Positions 9,565 to 19,367 of a stretch of DNA of 64,000 nt are shown here, piece after piece. This DNA comes from Oceanispirochaeta sp. GTDB taxonomy: Bacteria > Spirochaetota > Spirochaetia > DSM-2461. The first letter of the stretch is position 1. Each line of letters starts with the position of its first letter. The stretch covers positions 288,001 to 352,000 of the forward strand of contig CAXXOA010000003.1 of assembly GCA_963666275.2 (NCBI GenBank). Direction: 5' to 3'. Position numbers and translations under genes: made by a program. Under the pieces are notes generated by a model. It was not told the DNA's origin. It saw only the letters and a list, made by a program, of their open reading frames with translations, and ran no database searches.

Positions 9565-10899
9565 ATGAAAAAATTGGTGAGTGTGCTGTGTACTCTTCTC
9601 ACAGCGTCGGTTTTTCTGTTTGGCGGAGGTTCCCAGGAAACAGCGGGAACAGACTCTTCCTCTTCGCTCCCTTTCGAGGGTGTCTCTCTGACCATGGCTG
9701 TCTGCGCGGAACAGTATGCGGACTACCTCAAGGTTATGGCGGAATCCTTTGAAGAGGAAACCGGTGCGGAAGTGATGATCGATATCATCGGGTATGTGGA
9801 GCTGTATCAGAAGATAACACAGGACTATGCTTCAGATACAAAACTCTACGATCTGGCGACCGTGGATATCATGTGGACCGGTGAATTCGAAGACAAGGGA
9901 TTTACAATGGATCTGACAGATCTTATGGACGCCGATGCGGATGAGATTGATCTGGAAGACATTATTCCCGTTATGTGGTCCATGGGATCCTGGAACGGAA
10001 AACAGATCGCCTTTCCCATGGCCGGCTACGCCAACAGCCTGATCTACCGCTCGGACCTTCTTGCCGATCCTGCTGAGATGGCCGCTTTCGAAAGCAGATA
10101 CGGATACGAACTGGGGGTTCCCGAATCTCTGGAAGCCCTGGAGGATATTGCCGAGTTCTTTACAAGACCTGATGAGAACCTTTACGGTCTTGTCGCCAAC
10201 GGAGCCAGAGGCTCTGCCGTGGCCCAGGACTGGATGGAGTATATGAGAGCCTTCGGCGCCTCCCTGTTTGATGCAGAGGGCAATGTGAGCATCAATACAC
10301 CCCAGGCGAAAGAGTCTCTGGAATTTTTTGTCAGAATCTTTGACAACTATGCCCCTCCCGGAGCCATCGGTTACTGGTGGGACGACAGAGAATCCGCCTA
10401 CAGAACCGGACAGGCTGTGATGCAGTCCAGCTGGAGTATTGCCAGAGCCGGATACGAAGATCCCGATATCTCTCTTGTGGTGGGTAAAACCGGTATGACC
10501 GAAACTCCGAAAGTGGATTCCGATGACTCTCTCTACGGTGTCGGCGGTTGGGGTGTCGGTATCAATTCCGATATCGATGACAGGAACAAAGAGGCTTCCT
10601 GGGCCTTTGTCAAATACATCACAGGGGCGGAAATGCAGAAAAAATGGATGCTCAACGACGGAGCTCCCATCCGCTATTCCACTCTGACCGACAAGGAACT
10701 TCTGAAAGAGAAACCCTGGATGCCCGCTATGCTGAATGTGTTTGAAAACGGAGACGGAGACTACCGCCCCCGGGGACCTGAAGCAACAGAGATCCAGAAC
10801 GCTCTCGGCCTGAGAGTCAACCAGGCCATCACCCATGAACTGACTGTAGATGAAGCTATCACAAAGATGGAAGAAGATATTACAGCCATAATGGAATAA
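9565..10899 (+). CDS. Sugar ABC transporter (CUT1) substrate-binding protein
   Basis: Start at MKKLVS after SD ggagg; spirochaete-type 'GGGSQE' N-terminus; SBP family 1 features (LIYRSDL, GGWGVGIN, AWAFVKY). Confidence 0.9.
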   Translation: MKKLVSVLCTLLTASVFLFGGGSQETAGTDSSSSLPFEGVSLTMAVCAEQYADYLKVMAESFEEETGAEVMIDIIGYVELYQKITQDYASDTKLYDLATVDIMWTGEFEDKGFTMDLTDLMDADADEIDLEDIIPVMWSMGSWNGKQIAFPMAGYANSLIYRSDLLADPAEMAAFESRYGYELGVPESLEALEDIAEFFTRPDENLYGLVANGARGSAVAQDWMEYMRAFGASLFDAEGNVSINTPQAKESLEFFVRIFDNYAPPGAIGYWWDDRESAYRTGQAVMQSSWSIARAGYEDPDISLVVGKTGMTETPKVDSDDSLYGVGGWGVGINSDIDDRNKEASWAFVKYITGAEMQKKWMLNDGAPIRYSTLTDKELLKEKPWMPAMLNVFENGDGDYRPRGPEATEIQNALGLRVNQAITHELTVDEAITKMEEDITAIME

Positions 10900-10908
10900 A
10901 GCTATTTC

Positions 10909-10941
10909 GACAGTATTCCCGCTCTGTGCGGGGATACTGTC
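10909..10941 (+). other. Intercistronic stem-loop after the SBP gene (probable mRNA stabiliser or attenuator)
   Basis: GACAGTATTCCCGC-tctgt-GCGGGGATACTGTC with no U-tract. Confidence 0.6.
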
Positions 10942-10965
10942 ATATCCTGCCAAACGAGGTTTTCA

Positions 10966-11859
10966 GTGTTACGGCATAGATCACAAAAAAAATACTATAA
11001 AGATAGGATCGCCCTTTTTCTTATTCCCCTGAGTCTGTATATGGTGGTGTTCTTTCTCTATCCCGTCGTCTATGATATTTTTATCAGTTTCTTCGACTAC
11101 TCCCTGGGTGGGGAACGGGACTTCAACTACGGAAAAAACTACATCGCCATGTTCGGGGATGAACAGTTCCTGGGCTCTTTGAAGACTACCTTCCTTTTTA
11201 TCCTTTACTGCGTGGTAAGCCAGATGGTCCTGGGGATTGTCATCGCGATGCTTTTCAATATCAAGTCGAAGTTTATCGAGTTCTGCAGAACCCTGATCCT
11301 TCTACCCACGGTTTTTACTCCCCTGGTTGTGGGGCTGCTCTGGAAAGCCCTCTACCATCCCGATCAGGGTGTGATCACCTACTATCTGAGACAGATCGGT
11401 CTGGATATAGGCAGAGGTCTGCTTGTGGAAAGGCACCTGGCTCTTATGGGAGTTGTCATTATAGATATCTGGGAGTGGACTCCTCTTGTGGCAATCATCA
11501 TCCTTGCGGGTATGAAAAGTCTGCCCAGGGACCCCTATGAAGCGGCTATGCTGGACGGTGCGGGAAAAATATCGATCTTCCGTTACATTACACTGCCCTT
11601 GCTGAAACCGACTCTTCTGATTGCCGTCCTGATAAGGATCCTGGATGCCATGAAGGTCTTCGATACCATATTTGCCACCACCAACGGAGGCCCAGGAACA
11701 GCCACCACCGTGGCCAACCTGAGGATCTACGAAGTGGGAGTCCAGCAGCTGAATGTGGGATATGCCGCAGCCCTGTCCAATGTTCTCCTCCTCTTCGGAA
11801 TCCTTCTGGGGTCTCTGTTTATGCATATTCTCTATAACAACAAGGAGAGGGTTTTATGA
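10966..11859 (+). CDS. Sugar ABC permease (MalF-like)
   Basis: EAA loop YEAAMLDGAG..IFRYITLPLLKP; TNGGPG; multiple TM segments. Confidence 0.93.
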   Translation: MLRHRSQKKYYKDRIALFLIPLSLYMVVFFLYPVVYDIFISFFDYSLGGERDFNYGKNYIAMFGDEQFLGSLKTTFLFILYCVVSQMVLGIVIAMLFNIKSKFIEFCRTLILLPTVFTPLVVGLLWKALYHPDQGVITYYLRQIGLDIGRGLLVERHLALMGVVIIDIWEWTPLVAIIILAGMKSLPRDPYEAAMLDGAGKISIFRYITLPLLKPTLLIAVLIRILDAMKVFDTIFATTNGGPGTATTVANLRIYEVGVQQLNVGYAAALSNVLLLFGILLGSLFMHILYNNKERVL

Positions 11860-12689
11860 CAATAAGCGACAACCGGGAGTATACCCGCTGGATCCGTTAT
11901 ATTTTTATCGCCCTGATCCTGGGATTCTTTCTCATCCCTGTTCTGTGGCTACTGGAAACATCTCTGAAACTGAAAATCGATATGTTCAAACTGCCGCCGG
12001 TCTGGTTCAAGTTCCGGCCCACCATGAAGAACTATGACTATATTACAAGCTCCATGCCTATCCTGAAATGGGGCGGCAACAGTCTGGCTATTTCGCTGGG
12101 AACAATGATCCTTTCGCTCCTTCTGGGAGTTCCCGCCGGGTATGCCTTTTCCAGAGTAAAGTTCAAGGGCCGCTTTTTTCTGCTGACCTTTATCCTCCTG
12201 GCCCGGACTCTGCCTCCTGTGATCATTGTCCTGCCTTTCCGGATTCTTATGCAGAAAATGGGACTCTTCGGAACCAGGACGGCGGTTATCCTTATCGATA
12301 CCATATACAACGCCTCCTTTACCGCCTGGCTGATGTCGGGAATCTTTGAAACCGTTCCGGAAGAGCTGGAGGAGGCTGCCATCATCGACGGCTGCGGAGT
12401 ATTCAAGGCTTTCTACAAAGTCATCGTTCCCCTGAGCCTGCCCGGTCTTGTGACATCGGCGCTCTTCGCTTTCATCTACTCCTGGAATGATTTCATATTC
12501 GCCATGACCCTGACCTCGCCCAGAACGGCGACCCTGCCGCTGGGAATGCTCAGTACCTTCGGTATGATGAGTGTGGGCTGGACCAATATGGCGGCTATGG
12601 GAGTTATTTCAGTGTTTCCGGTGATGATCCTTTCGCTCTGTCTCCAGAAGTACTATGTCAGCGGACTGACCTTCGGAGGAGTCAAATAG
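11856..12689 (+). CDS. Sugar ABC permease (MalG-like)
   Basis: ELEEAAIIDGC, FIYSWNDF, QKYYVSGLTFGGVK C-terminus. Confidence 0.93.
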   Translation: MTISDNREYTRWIRYIFIALILGFFLIPVLWLLETSLKLKIDMFKLPPVWFKFRPTMKNYDYITSSMPILKWGGNSLAISLGTMILSLLLGVPAGYAFSRVKFKGRFFLLTFILLARTLPPVIIVLPFRILMQKMGLFGTRTAVILIDTIYNASFTAWLMSGIFETVPEELEEAAIIDGCGVFKAFYKVIVPLSLPGLVTSALFAFIYSWNDFIFAMTLTSPRTATLPLGMLSTFGMMSVGWTNMAAMGVISVFPVMILSLCLQKYYVSGLTFGGVK

Positions 12690-12690
12690 A

Positions 12691-13890
12691 GTGATCCGGC
12701 GATGTTACACCAATCTCAGTCTCTTTGCGGGCAGGGACTTCGAATACCTGCCCGAGGCGTCCATCTATACAGAAGGAGACAGGATCTCCGAGATCAGAAG
12801 CGGAACCGATCCCTCGGGTCTCGATATGGAAGGCTCCCTGTTCCTTCCGGCCTTTATCAACGGTCACTCCCACCTGGGAGATACTGGTGCTAAAGACCTG
12901 GGAATCGGCCTGTCCCTGGAGGAGGCCGTGTCGCCGCCGGATGGTTTAAAGCACCGGTATCTGAGGAGCCAGAGCCGGGATGAGCTTGTCTCTACTATGC
13001 GCAGGGGCCTCCTGGAGATGCTTCTGTGCGGAATCACAGCCTGTGCGGATTTCAGGGAGGGCGGCCCTGAAGGCTCTGCCGCTCTCAGGGAAGCTGCTGG
13101 AGGGCTCCCCATTCAGGTTCTCATCCTGGGGAGACCCCTGACGGAGGAGAAGGACAATCCCGAAGAGTGTCTGAGGGAAGTTGACAGGATTCTGGCTGTG
13201 GCGGACGGCCTGGGAATCCCCTCTATGACTGCCTTTTCCACTCCTTTCCTGAAAGGGATAAGAAAAAAATATCCCGGCAAGATCCTGGCCGCCCATGGTC
13301 TGGAAGCATCGGAAAATATCCTTCAGAAGCAGGGATTGTCCCACTCCGCAGAGCTGGGGAAAATCCTCAGGGATCCCCTGGATTTTGTTGTACATCTGAC
13401 TCAGGGAACTCCCCGGGACATCCGGAAGTTATCCCGGAGGGGAATGAAAATTATAAGCTGTCCCCGGACCAATGCGATTCTGGGAGACGGAATCCCCCGG
13501 ACAGACCTTTTTGCAAAGGAGGGGCTGACCTGGGGAATGGGCAGTGACAATATGATGTTTTCCAGTCCGGAAATGCTGAAAGAGGCTGATTTTGCCTCCC
13601 GTTCCATCCGGGGGCTACTGAAAAAGCCAGACTGCCTTCATGGGTCTCTTCTGAAAAATATCACCTGGATGGGGGCAGACGTGCTGGGGCTTGGAAAAGA
13701 TTACGGCTCTCTGGAGCCGGGGGCTTACGCCAGCTTCATAGGCCTTTCCGGCACTTCTCATGCTGTCTCGGGTTCCCATAATCTCCTTGACAGTATCATT
13801 CACCGGACAGGGCTCAGCGATATCCGATATTTTGTCTCCCACGGAGTGGACGTCCTATCCCGGGGGGAATGGCAGCTGGAAGGGTTCTGA
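12691..13890 (+). CDS. Amidohydrolase (cytosine/nucleoside deaminase-related)
   Basis: PAFINGHSHLGD, DFREGG, VVHLT, CPRTN, GMGSDN motifs. Confidence 0.8.
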   Translation: MIRRCYTNLSLFAGRDFEYLPEASIYTEGDRISEIRSGTDPSGLDMEGSLFLPAFINGHSHLGDTGAKDLGIGLSLEEAVSPPDGLKHRYLRSQSRDELVSTMRRGLLEMLLCGITACADFREGGPEGSAALREAAGGLPIQVLILGRPLTEEKDNPEECLREVDRILAVADGLGIPSMTAFSTPFLKGIRKKYPGKILAAHGLEASENILQKQGLSHSAELGKILRDPLDFVVHLTQGTPRDIRKLSRRGMKIISCPRTNAILGDGIPRTDLFAKEGLTWGMGSDNMMFSSPEMLKEADFASRSIRGLLKKPDCLHGSLLKNITWMGADVLGLGKDYGSLEPGAYASFIGLSGTSHAVSGSHNLLDSIIHRTGLSDIRYFVSHGVDVLSRGEWQLEGF

Positions 13891-13897
13891 TCCGGTT

Positions 13898-13932
13898 AAA
13901 AAAAAGGATCTTCCATTTCGGGAAGACCCTTT
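13898..13932. terminator. Probable bidirectional terminator
   Basis: A-tract, then GGATCTTCC-atttc-GGGAAGACCC, then TTT, between convergent genes. Confidence 0.6.
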
Positions 13933-13947
13933 ACTCAGTTCAAATCT

Positions 13948-14643
13948 TTACTGAATCACACCGTTCACCCAGGTTCCGCTTCTGGCTTCGCCCTCTGCCG
14001 AGGGAATCGTCAGAATCATATCCGGGAGGATCAGACGGGGATTTTCCGGCTGGGGGAGCTTGTCTTTATTGGCTTCGTAGATAAGCTTCCACTTCCAGGG
14101 ATCTCCGTAGACAAAATCGTAGCCGGCTATATTCCACAGGCAGTCCCGGTTATCGGGAAGCAGTCTTACTTTGTAAGCTGCCACTTTGGCTCCATCCGGG
14201 CGGATATAGTGGATCACTGACATCACTTCCAGGGCTTCCAGAGACTTGTCATAACTTGTCAGGTACTCTTCGTCCTGAAAGAGCTGATAGGCCTCTTCGT
14301 AGAGAGCCTTTCCCGACTGATAGGCTTCAGGAAAGTTCTCTGCCGCATTCACATTGTCTGCCGAGCGGATCTGTGTTTCCACCCTGCGCAGAGCTGAGTT
14401 GGCTTTGTACCGGTTCAGCATCATTTTGATCCAGGCATCAGACCGTTCGGCGTAGACTTTGGATTCTTCCGCCAGCCGTTTGGCTTCCAGATAGTCGCCA
14501 TCGTCAAAGGCCTGTTCACTCTGCCTCTTCAGCTCCAGTGATTTCCTGTAATCGGGGTTATCCTGGAGGGACTGGGAGAAAAGGGCTGTTGTAAAACAGC
14601 TCAGGACTATCAGGGTAAAAAGCAGGGCAGCTGTCCTTTTCAT
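13948..14643 (-). CDS. Exported helical protein with C-terminal LysM-like domain (BB0323-like)
   Basis: Signal peptide; C-terminal YKV...DCLWNIAG..VYGDPWKWKLIYEANK...NPRLILP..ILTIP, the spirochaete LysM variant. Confidence 0.8.
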   Translation of the reverse strand: MKRTAALLFTLIVLSCFTTALFSQSLQDNPDYRKSLELKRQSEQAFDDGDYLEAKRLAEESKVYAERSDAWIKMMLNRYKANSALRRVETQIRSADNVNAAENFPEAYQSGKALYEEAYQLFQDEEYLTSYDKSLEALEVMSVIHYIRPDGAKVAAYKVRLLPDNRDCLWNIAGYDFVYGDPWKWKLIYEANKDKLPQPENPRLILPDMILTIPSAEGEARSGTWVNGVIQ

Positions 14644-15122
14644 CAGTTCTCCTCCTGTTCTGCTTCTTCAGCAGCTTCCTGAGCGCTCTTTTCCGCATTG
14701 GAAATCGCGGCATCCGCATCGTTCATGGCCCTCAGGGCTTCCTCTCTTCTTGTGTCGGCAGTCTCTTTGGCTGCTTTGAACCCCTGAGCGGCCCCGCTGT
14801 AGGCTTCATAGGCTCCTTCCAGATCGTCCGCTGTATCCAGAGACTCTCCCTCTTCATAGAGCGCTACCGCAGCTTCAAACTCCTGAGGCGCTGCTTTGGG
14901 CGCTTTCGCATTTTCCGCATCAAAACGGGCGGTGTCAGCGCTGTTTTTTGCTTCGCTGACTCTGGTTCTGTCTATGGCAGTGGTCTGAGTGGTTCCCTCT
15001 TCTTCTGTGGTTTCCTGAACAACCTCTTCTTCAACAGGAGCTTCGGTGGAAGCACAACCGGAAAAAAGCCAGAGGATCAGCAGGGCGGCACCCAGCAGGG
15101 GTAACTTCTTTTTTAATTTCAT
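14643..15122 (-). CDS. Helical Ala/Glu-rich lipoprotein (DUF4398-like)
   Basis: Lipobox FSGC; 'AKAPKAAPQEFEAA' helical repeat; SD ggag; stop overlaps the next start (TGATG). Confidence 0.75.
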   Translation of the reverse strand: MKLKKKLPLLGAALLILWLFSGCASTEAPVEEEVVQETTEEEGTTQTTAIDRTRVSEAKNSADTARFDAENAKAPKAAPQEFEAAVALYEEGESLDTADDLEGAYEAYSGAAQGFKAAKETADTRREEALRAMNDADAAISNAEKSAQEAAEEAEQEEN

Positions 15123-15317
15123 TTTATCTCCTTCTCAAACTGAAACAGATTTACTCTATTATAAACATCATTGTTTACTAAATAATACACTCTTTCAAAT
15201 GTTTTTTAAGGTTTTCCAGTTCTTTCTTTCTTTGAATTTTCTACTCTTGCGTTTGGAGTGATAATGAAATAGAATAATAATTCAATAGAAAAGAAATAAA
15301 AGGGGAATCGAAAGGTT

Positions 15318-16652
15318 ATGGAAAATAGGTCCCATCAAGCCCAATTGGAAAAACTGAATGTTTCCAACGAAGAGGACAGGCTGAAAGCTCTTGAAAAGTT
15401 AACGGAAGACTCTGCTCTGATGGCAACTCTTCCCGCAGAAAGCGATGAAGTGAATAATCATGTGCATACCACATACTCATTCAGTCCCTACTCACCAACC
15501 GCGTCGGTATGGTTTGCCCGGAAAGCCGGACTGAAGGCTGTGGGAAGTATGGACCATGACAGTATCGGCGCTGCTGAGGAAACGATCAGAGCGGGTAAAA
15601 TCCTGGGAATGGCTACCACTGTGGGCTTCGAAGTCAGAGTGAACTTTACAGGCACCTCCGTGGAGGGCAGAAAGCTGAACAACCCGGACTCCAATAACAT
15701 TGTATATATGACAGTTCACGGTATACCGGCTGATCAGATCGGAAAGGCTGCAGAGTTCCTGAAACCTATACAGCAGGAGAGGAATAAAAGAAACAGAAAA
15801 GAGACAGAGGCTCTCAATGCCCTGATCACTCCTCTGGGGCTGGATCCTCTGGACTTTGATAAAGATGTGTATGACCAGTCCGAAGCGGCCCGGGGCGGAG
15901 GGATTACAGAACGGCATATCCTTTATGCCCTGTCCCGCAAAATTGTGGAGAAAGCCGGAAAAGGGGAGAGCCTTGTTGCGTTTCTGGAAGAGACCATGAA
16001 GCTTTCCATAACGGGGAAAATCCGGGAGTTCCTGCTGGATCAGGAGAACCCCCACTATCTCTATGACCTTCTGGGAATCCTCAAGGGGAATTTCCTCTCC
16101 CGGTTTTTTATTCAGCCCGATGAAAAAGAGTGTCCTTCCGTTTTTGATGTGGTCCGTTTCGGGAATGAAATCAACGCCATTCCCTCCTACGCCTATCTGG
16201 GTGATGTGGGCGAAAGTCCCACGGGTGATAAAAAAGCGGAAAAGTTCGAAGATGACTTTCTGGATGATCTGATCGGGGATCTCAAAAAAATAGGCTTTAA
16301 AGCTGTGACCTATATGCCCCCCCGGAATACACTGGAACAGCTGAAACGGGTTCAGAAACTCTGTGCTCAGCACGGCCTGATGGAAATCAGCGGAGTGGAT
16401 ATCAATTCCTCCCGCCAGAGTTTCAACTGCCCCGAAATCCTCCAGCCTGATTTTACCCATCTGATTACAGCCACCTGGGCCCTGATCGCGCATGAGAAAC
16501 TGGCCGCTCAGGATGCAAAGTACAGCCTCTTCCATCCGGAGAATCCCCTGAAGGATCTCTCTCTGAACGATAGAATCGCCCGTTACGGTGCTCTGGGAGA
16601 AAAGATGGACCGTCACTCTCCCGAGTCACTGATCGACGCTGTCGATTTCTGA
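15318..16652 (+). CDS. PHP-domain protein
   Basis: NNHVHTTYS, MDHDS, GFE motifs; C-terminal ISGVDINSSRQ. Confidence 0.85.
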   Translation: MENRSHQAQLEKLNVSNEEDRLKALEKLTEDSALMATLPAESDEVNNHVHTTYSFSPYSPTASVWFARKAGLKAVGSMDHDSIGAAEETIRAGKILGMATTVGFEVRVNFTGTSVEGRKLNNPDSNNIVYMTVHGIPADQIGKAAEFLKPIQQERNKRNRKETEALNALITPLGLDPLDFDKDVYDQSEAARGGGITERHILYALSRKIVEKAGKGESLVAFLEETMKLSITGKIREFLLDQENPHYLYDLLGILKGNFLSRFFIQPDEKECPSVFDVVRFGNEINAIPSYAYLGDVGESPTGDKKAEKFEDDFLDDLIGDLKKIGFKAVTYMPPRNTLEQLKRVQKLCAQHGLMEISGVDINSSRQSFNCPEILQPDFTHLITATWALIAHEKLAAQDAKYSLFHPENPLKDLSLNDRIARYGALGEKMDRHSPESLIDAVDF

Positions 16653-16673
16653 TTCCTGGGGATTCGAGACTCT

Positions 16674-16702
16674 AAAAAAGCCCCTGATGCAGGGGCTTTT
16701 TT
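16674..16702. terminator. Bidirectional Rho-independent terminator
   Basis: AAAAAAGCCCCTG-atg-CAGGGGCTTTTTT between convergent genes. Confidence 0.9.
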
Positions 16703-17265
16703 CATGAGTTCAACATATCCTTCAAGGGGATTCTGTCTCCGCTGAAGGACTGTCCCTCGGGGGTTTTCAGAAACTCCCGGTTCAGCTTGCCCAGCAGCAG
16801 ATTCCACTCTTCCATGTTGATCACATCTTCGGGATCGAAGATATCTTCCATGGTCTCTTCGCTGACTTCCGTGAAATTCAGATCACACCAGCTGATCTGC
16901 CATTCCGGATCATCCGGTTTGATCCGTATGCCCGCATCGCTGTACTCCTCGGTCAGATAGAGTAGAGGCAGTCCGTGGGTCCGGCAGATCAGGGGACGGA
17001 AGGGATAGAGGGAACAGGCCCGGTCAATCAGGAGCGCACACCTTTCATCCGATTCGGCAGGCTGGAGGGCAGGATTCTCTTTCTGAAGCATCTGTCTCAG
17101 GGCATACCATTCCAGGGGAAGAAGGGTCAGATCGGTGCAGCATTCACTGCAGCCTTTCCGGCATTTCATATACTCGCTGTAATTTTCCGTCAGGCGCTGG
17201 GCCTCCTCGGAAACATCCTTCATCAGAGTCCGGTAGTCTGTGAGAATATCCTCAATTTCCCTCAT
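16702..17265 (-). CDS. YkgJ-family Cys-cluster (zinc/iron-chelating) protein
   Basis: CRKGCSECC...CALL...CSLYPFRPLICRTHG. Confidence 0.88.
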   Translation of the reverse strand: MREIEDILTDYRTLMKDVSEEAQRLTENYSEYMKCRKGCSECCTDLTLLPLEWYALRQMLQKENPALQPAESDERCALLIDRACSLYPFRPLICRTHGLPLLYLTEEYSDAGIRIKPDDPEWQISWCDLNFTEVSEETMEDIFDPEDVINMEEWNLLLGKLNREFLKTPEGQSFSGDRIPLKDMLNS

Positions 17266-17277
17266 CTGCTGTCCTTT

Positions 17278-19200
17278 TTACGACAGGCCAAACAGATTTT
17301 TCACAGCCTCAATATTCTCCGGGCTCTTCAATTCCGTTCCGTTTGATCCGTACATTGTTTCAATTTTTTCCTGATAGAAATCCCTGACCTTATGACGAAC
17401 AAGCTTCATGGTGGAATTTATAAGCTGATTCTTCTCGGAAAAGGGCTCTTCTATTATTGTAAATGTTGAAGGTACCCATTGGGAAGGAATTTTCGATTCT
17501 TTTCTGAAACTATAGAAAGAGTCCCCGATGAGAGACAGGGCCTCCGACGGGTCAGTGATCCCCCGGCTCTTCAGTTCTTTTCTGACTGCCTCCTCGTTAA
17601 GAGTCACAAGAGCCGTGGTGTAGCGGCGCTGCTCGTTGTACACCATAATCTGATTTATCAGGGGGGAGCTGTTGATCACCGCTTCTTCAATGGTTTCGGG
17701 GGAGTATTTTTCTCCGTCCGCCGAGATCAGAAGGGCTTTGGCCCTGCCTGTAATGACAAGAAACCCGTCGTCATCAAAATATCCCAGGTCTCCTGTCCAG
17801 AGCCATCCGTCTCTGAGAACCTCCGCACTGGCTTCGGGATTCCTGTAATATCCTTTCATCACATTGTCGCCTTTTATAACCAGTTCTCCCGGGACTCCCG
17901 GTTCGGCCGGGGTGCTCTCATTGTCCATAATCCGGCATTCGATAGAAGGCATGGTTATCCCGGAGGTTCCGAACTTATGCCGGGACGGGGTATTGGTACA
18001 GATAATGGGGGCTGCTTCGGTTAATCCGTATCCCTGATAGATCGGGCATCCTATGGCATTGAAAAACTCCTGCTGGCTTATCTCCAGAAGGGCACCGCCT
18101 CCCACGCAAAAGGCCAGTTCGCCGCCGAATATTTCTCTGACTTTGGGGAAAATTAGCTTTTCCGCCAGGAAGTAGGAAAATCCCCGGCGCAGCCTGACCG
18201 ATAGGGGGGCTTTCCGGAATCCGTCTCCGTGGATCTGAATGCCCGCTTCCACGCCTCTTGTAAATATCCCGTTGATCAGGGCGCCTTTGGCGGCAATGCC
18301 CGACTGGATTTTTTTCATGAAGTTACCCGAAAGGGCAGGGACTGTCAGCAGGAAGTAGGGTTTCACCTCTTTCAGATTCCCGGGAATATTCCTGAGCAGG
18401 GCCATGCCGCCGCCTCTGGCATCCACAAAGTACATGGCCAGTCCCAGACGGAGACTTATATAGATCCCTACGGTATGGGCAAAGGAGTGATCCAGGGGCA
18501 GGATGATGAGACTCCGGCATTTTTCGGGAATCGGGCAGGTATTGACCGCATCCAGGCTGTTGGCCCAGTAGTTCAGATGGGTCAGCATGATTCCTTTGGG
18601 GTTTCCAGTTGTCCCCGAGGTATAGCTTATGGTGACCGTGTCATCTTCCTTCACTTCGGAAAGGCGTTTTTCCAGTTCATCCTCCACGCTCAGAGAGGCC
18701 TGTTCCCCCTCTTTCAGGAAGTCATCGTAAAGGATGATATCCTCACCTGTTTTCAGTCCATATTCCTCCGCTCTGGAGCTCACATCTTTCAGATAGTCTC
18801 CCAGAACAATGATCAGGGGGCGGTTTTCCAGCTCTTTCAGCACCGCAAGCAGTTTATCCAGAGAGTATTCTGAAATCAGGATACCCCGGGCTCCGGAATG
18901 GTTCAGCCGGAAAGGAAGTTCCTCATCCAGAAGTTTGATCGACAGGGGTACCGAGATGCATCGGGCTTTCAGTATACCGAACTCTCCTGTTACCCAGTTT
19001 CTGCGCCCTTCCGACAGGATGGCTATTTTCTCTTCCGCCTGAAAACCTCTGGCGATAAGAGCTCTTGCAAAGGTAGCGGACTCTCTGTCCACCTGGGAAA
19101 AGCTTCTGGGGATCCAACCGCTTTCCTCTTTTTCGACAACATAGGGAGCATTTCCGTAGGTTTCGGATGCCTCTTGGAGCATATTCAATACTGTTCTCAT
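17278..19200 (-). CDS. Long-chain fatty-acid--CoA ligase (AMP-dependent synthetase)
   Basis: YTSGTTGNPKG, YQGYGLTE, WTGDLG, ITGRAK motifs. Confidence 0.93.
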   Translation of the reverse strand: MRTVLNMLQEASETYGNAPYVVEKEESGWIPRSFSQVDRESATFARALIARGFQAEEKIAILSEGRRNWVTGEFGILKARCISVPLSIKLLDEELPFRLNHSGARGILISEYSLDKLLAVLKELENRPLIIVLGDYLKDVSSRAEEYGLKTGEDIILYDDFLKEGEQASLSVEDELEKRLSEVKEDDTVTISYTSGTTGNPKGIMLTHLNYWANSLDAVNTCPIPEKCRSLIILPLDHSFAHTVGIYISLRLGLAMYFVDARGGGMALLRNIPGNLKEVKPYFLLTVPALSGNFMKKIQSGIAAKGALINGIFTRGVEAGIQIHGDGFRKAPLSVRLRRGFSYFLAEKLIFPKVREIFGGELAFCVGGGALLEISQQEFFNAIGCPIYQGYGLTEAAPIICTNTPSRHKFGTSGITMPSIECRIMDNESTPAEPGVPGELVIKGDNVMKGYYRNPEASAEVLRDGWLWTGDLGYFDDDGFLVITGRAKALLISADGEKYSPETIEEAVINSSPLINQIMVYNEQRRYTTALVTLNEEAVRKELKSRGITDPSEALSLIGDSFYSFRKESKIPSQWVPSTFTIIEEPFSEKNQLINSTMKLVRHKVRDFYQEKIETMYGSNGTELKSPENIEAVKNLFGLS

Positions 19201-19367
19201 TATGACCTCACAGGGGGGGATGAAATAATTTTAACAGAGCCGGGAATTTTGTCAAATTTATTGTTTTCTTATTAAAAAGGGCATTTTTTCATCTCTTTTA
19301 ACTGTGTCCTAACAAAAGAGTGCTTAGCTGTTCAGGGAACTATTTTTAATTATAAAGGTAAAAAGAA

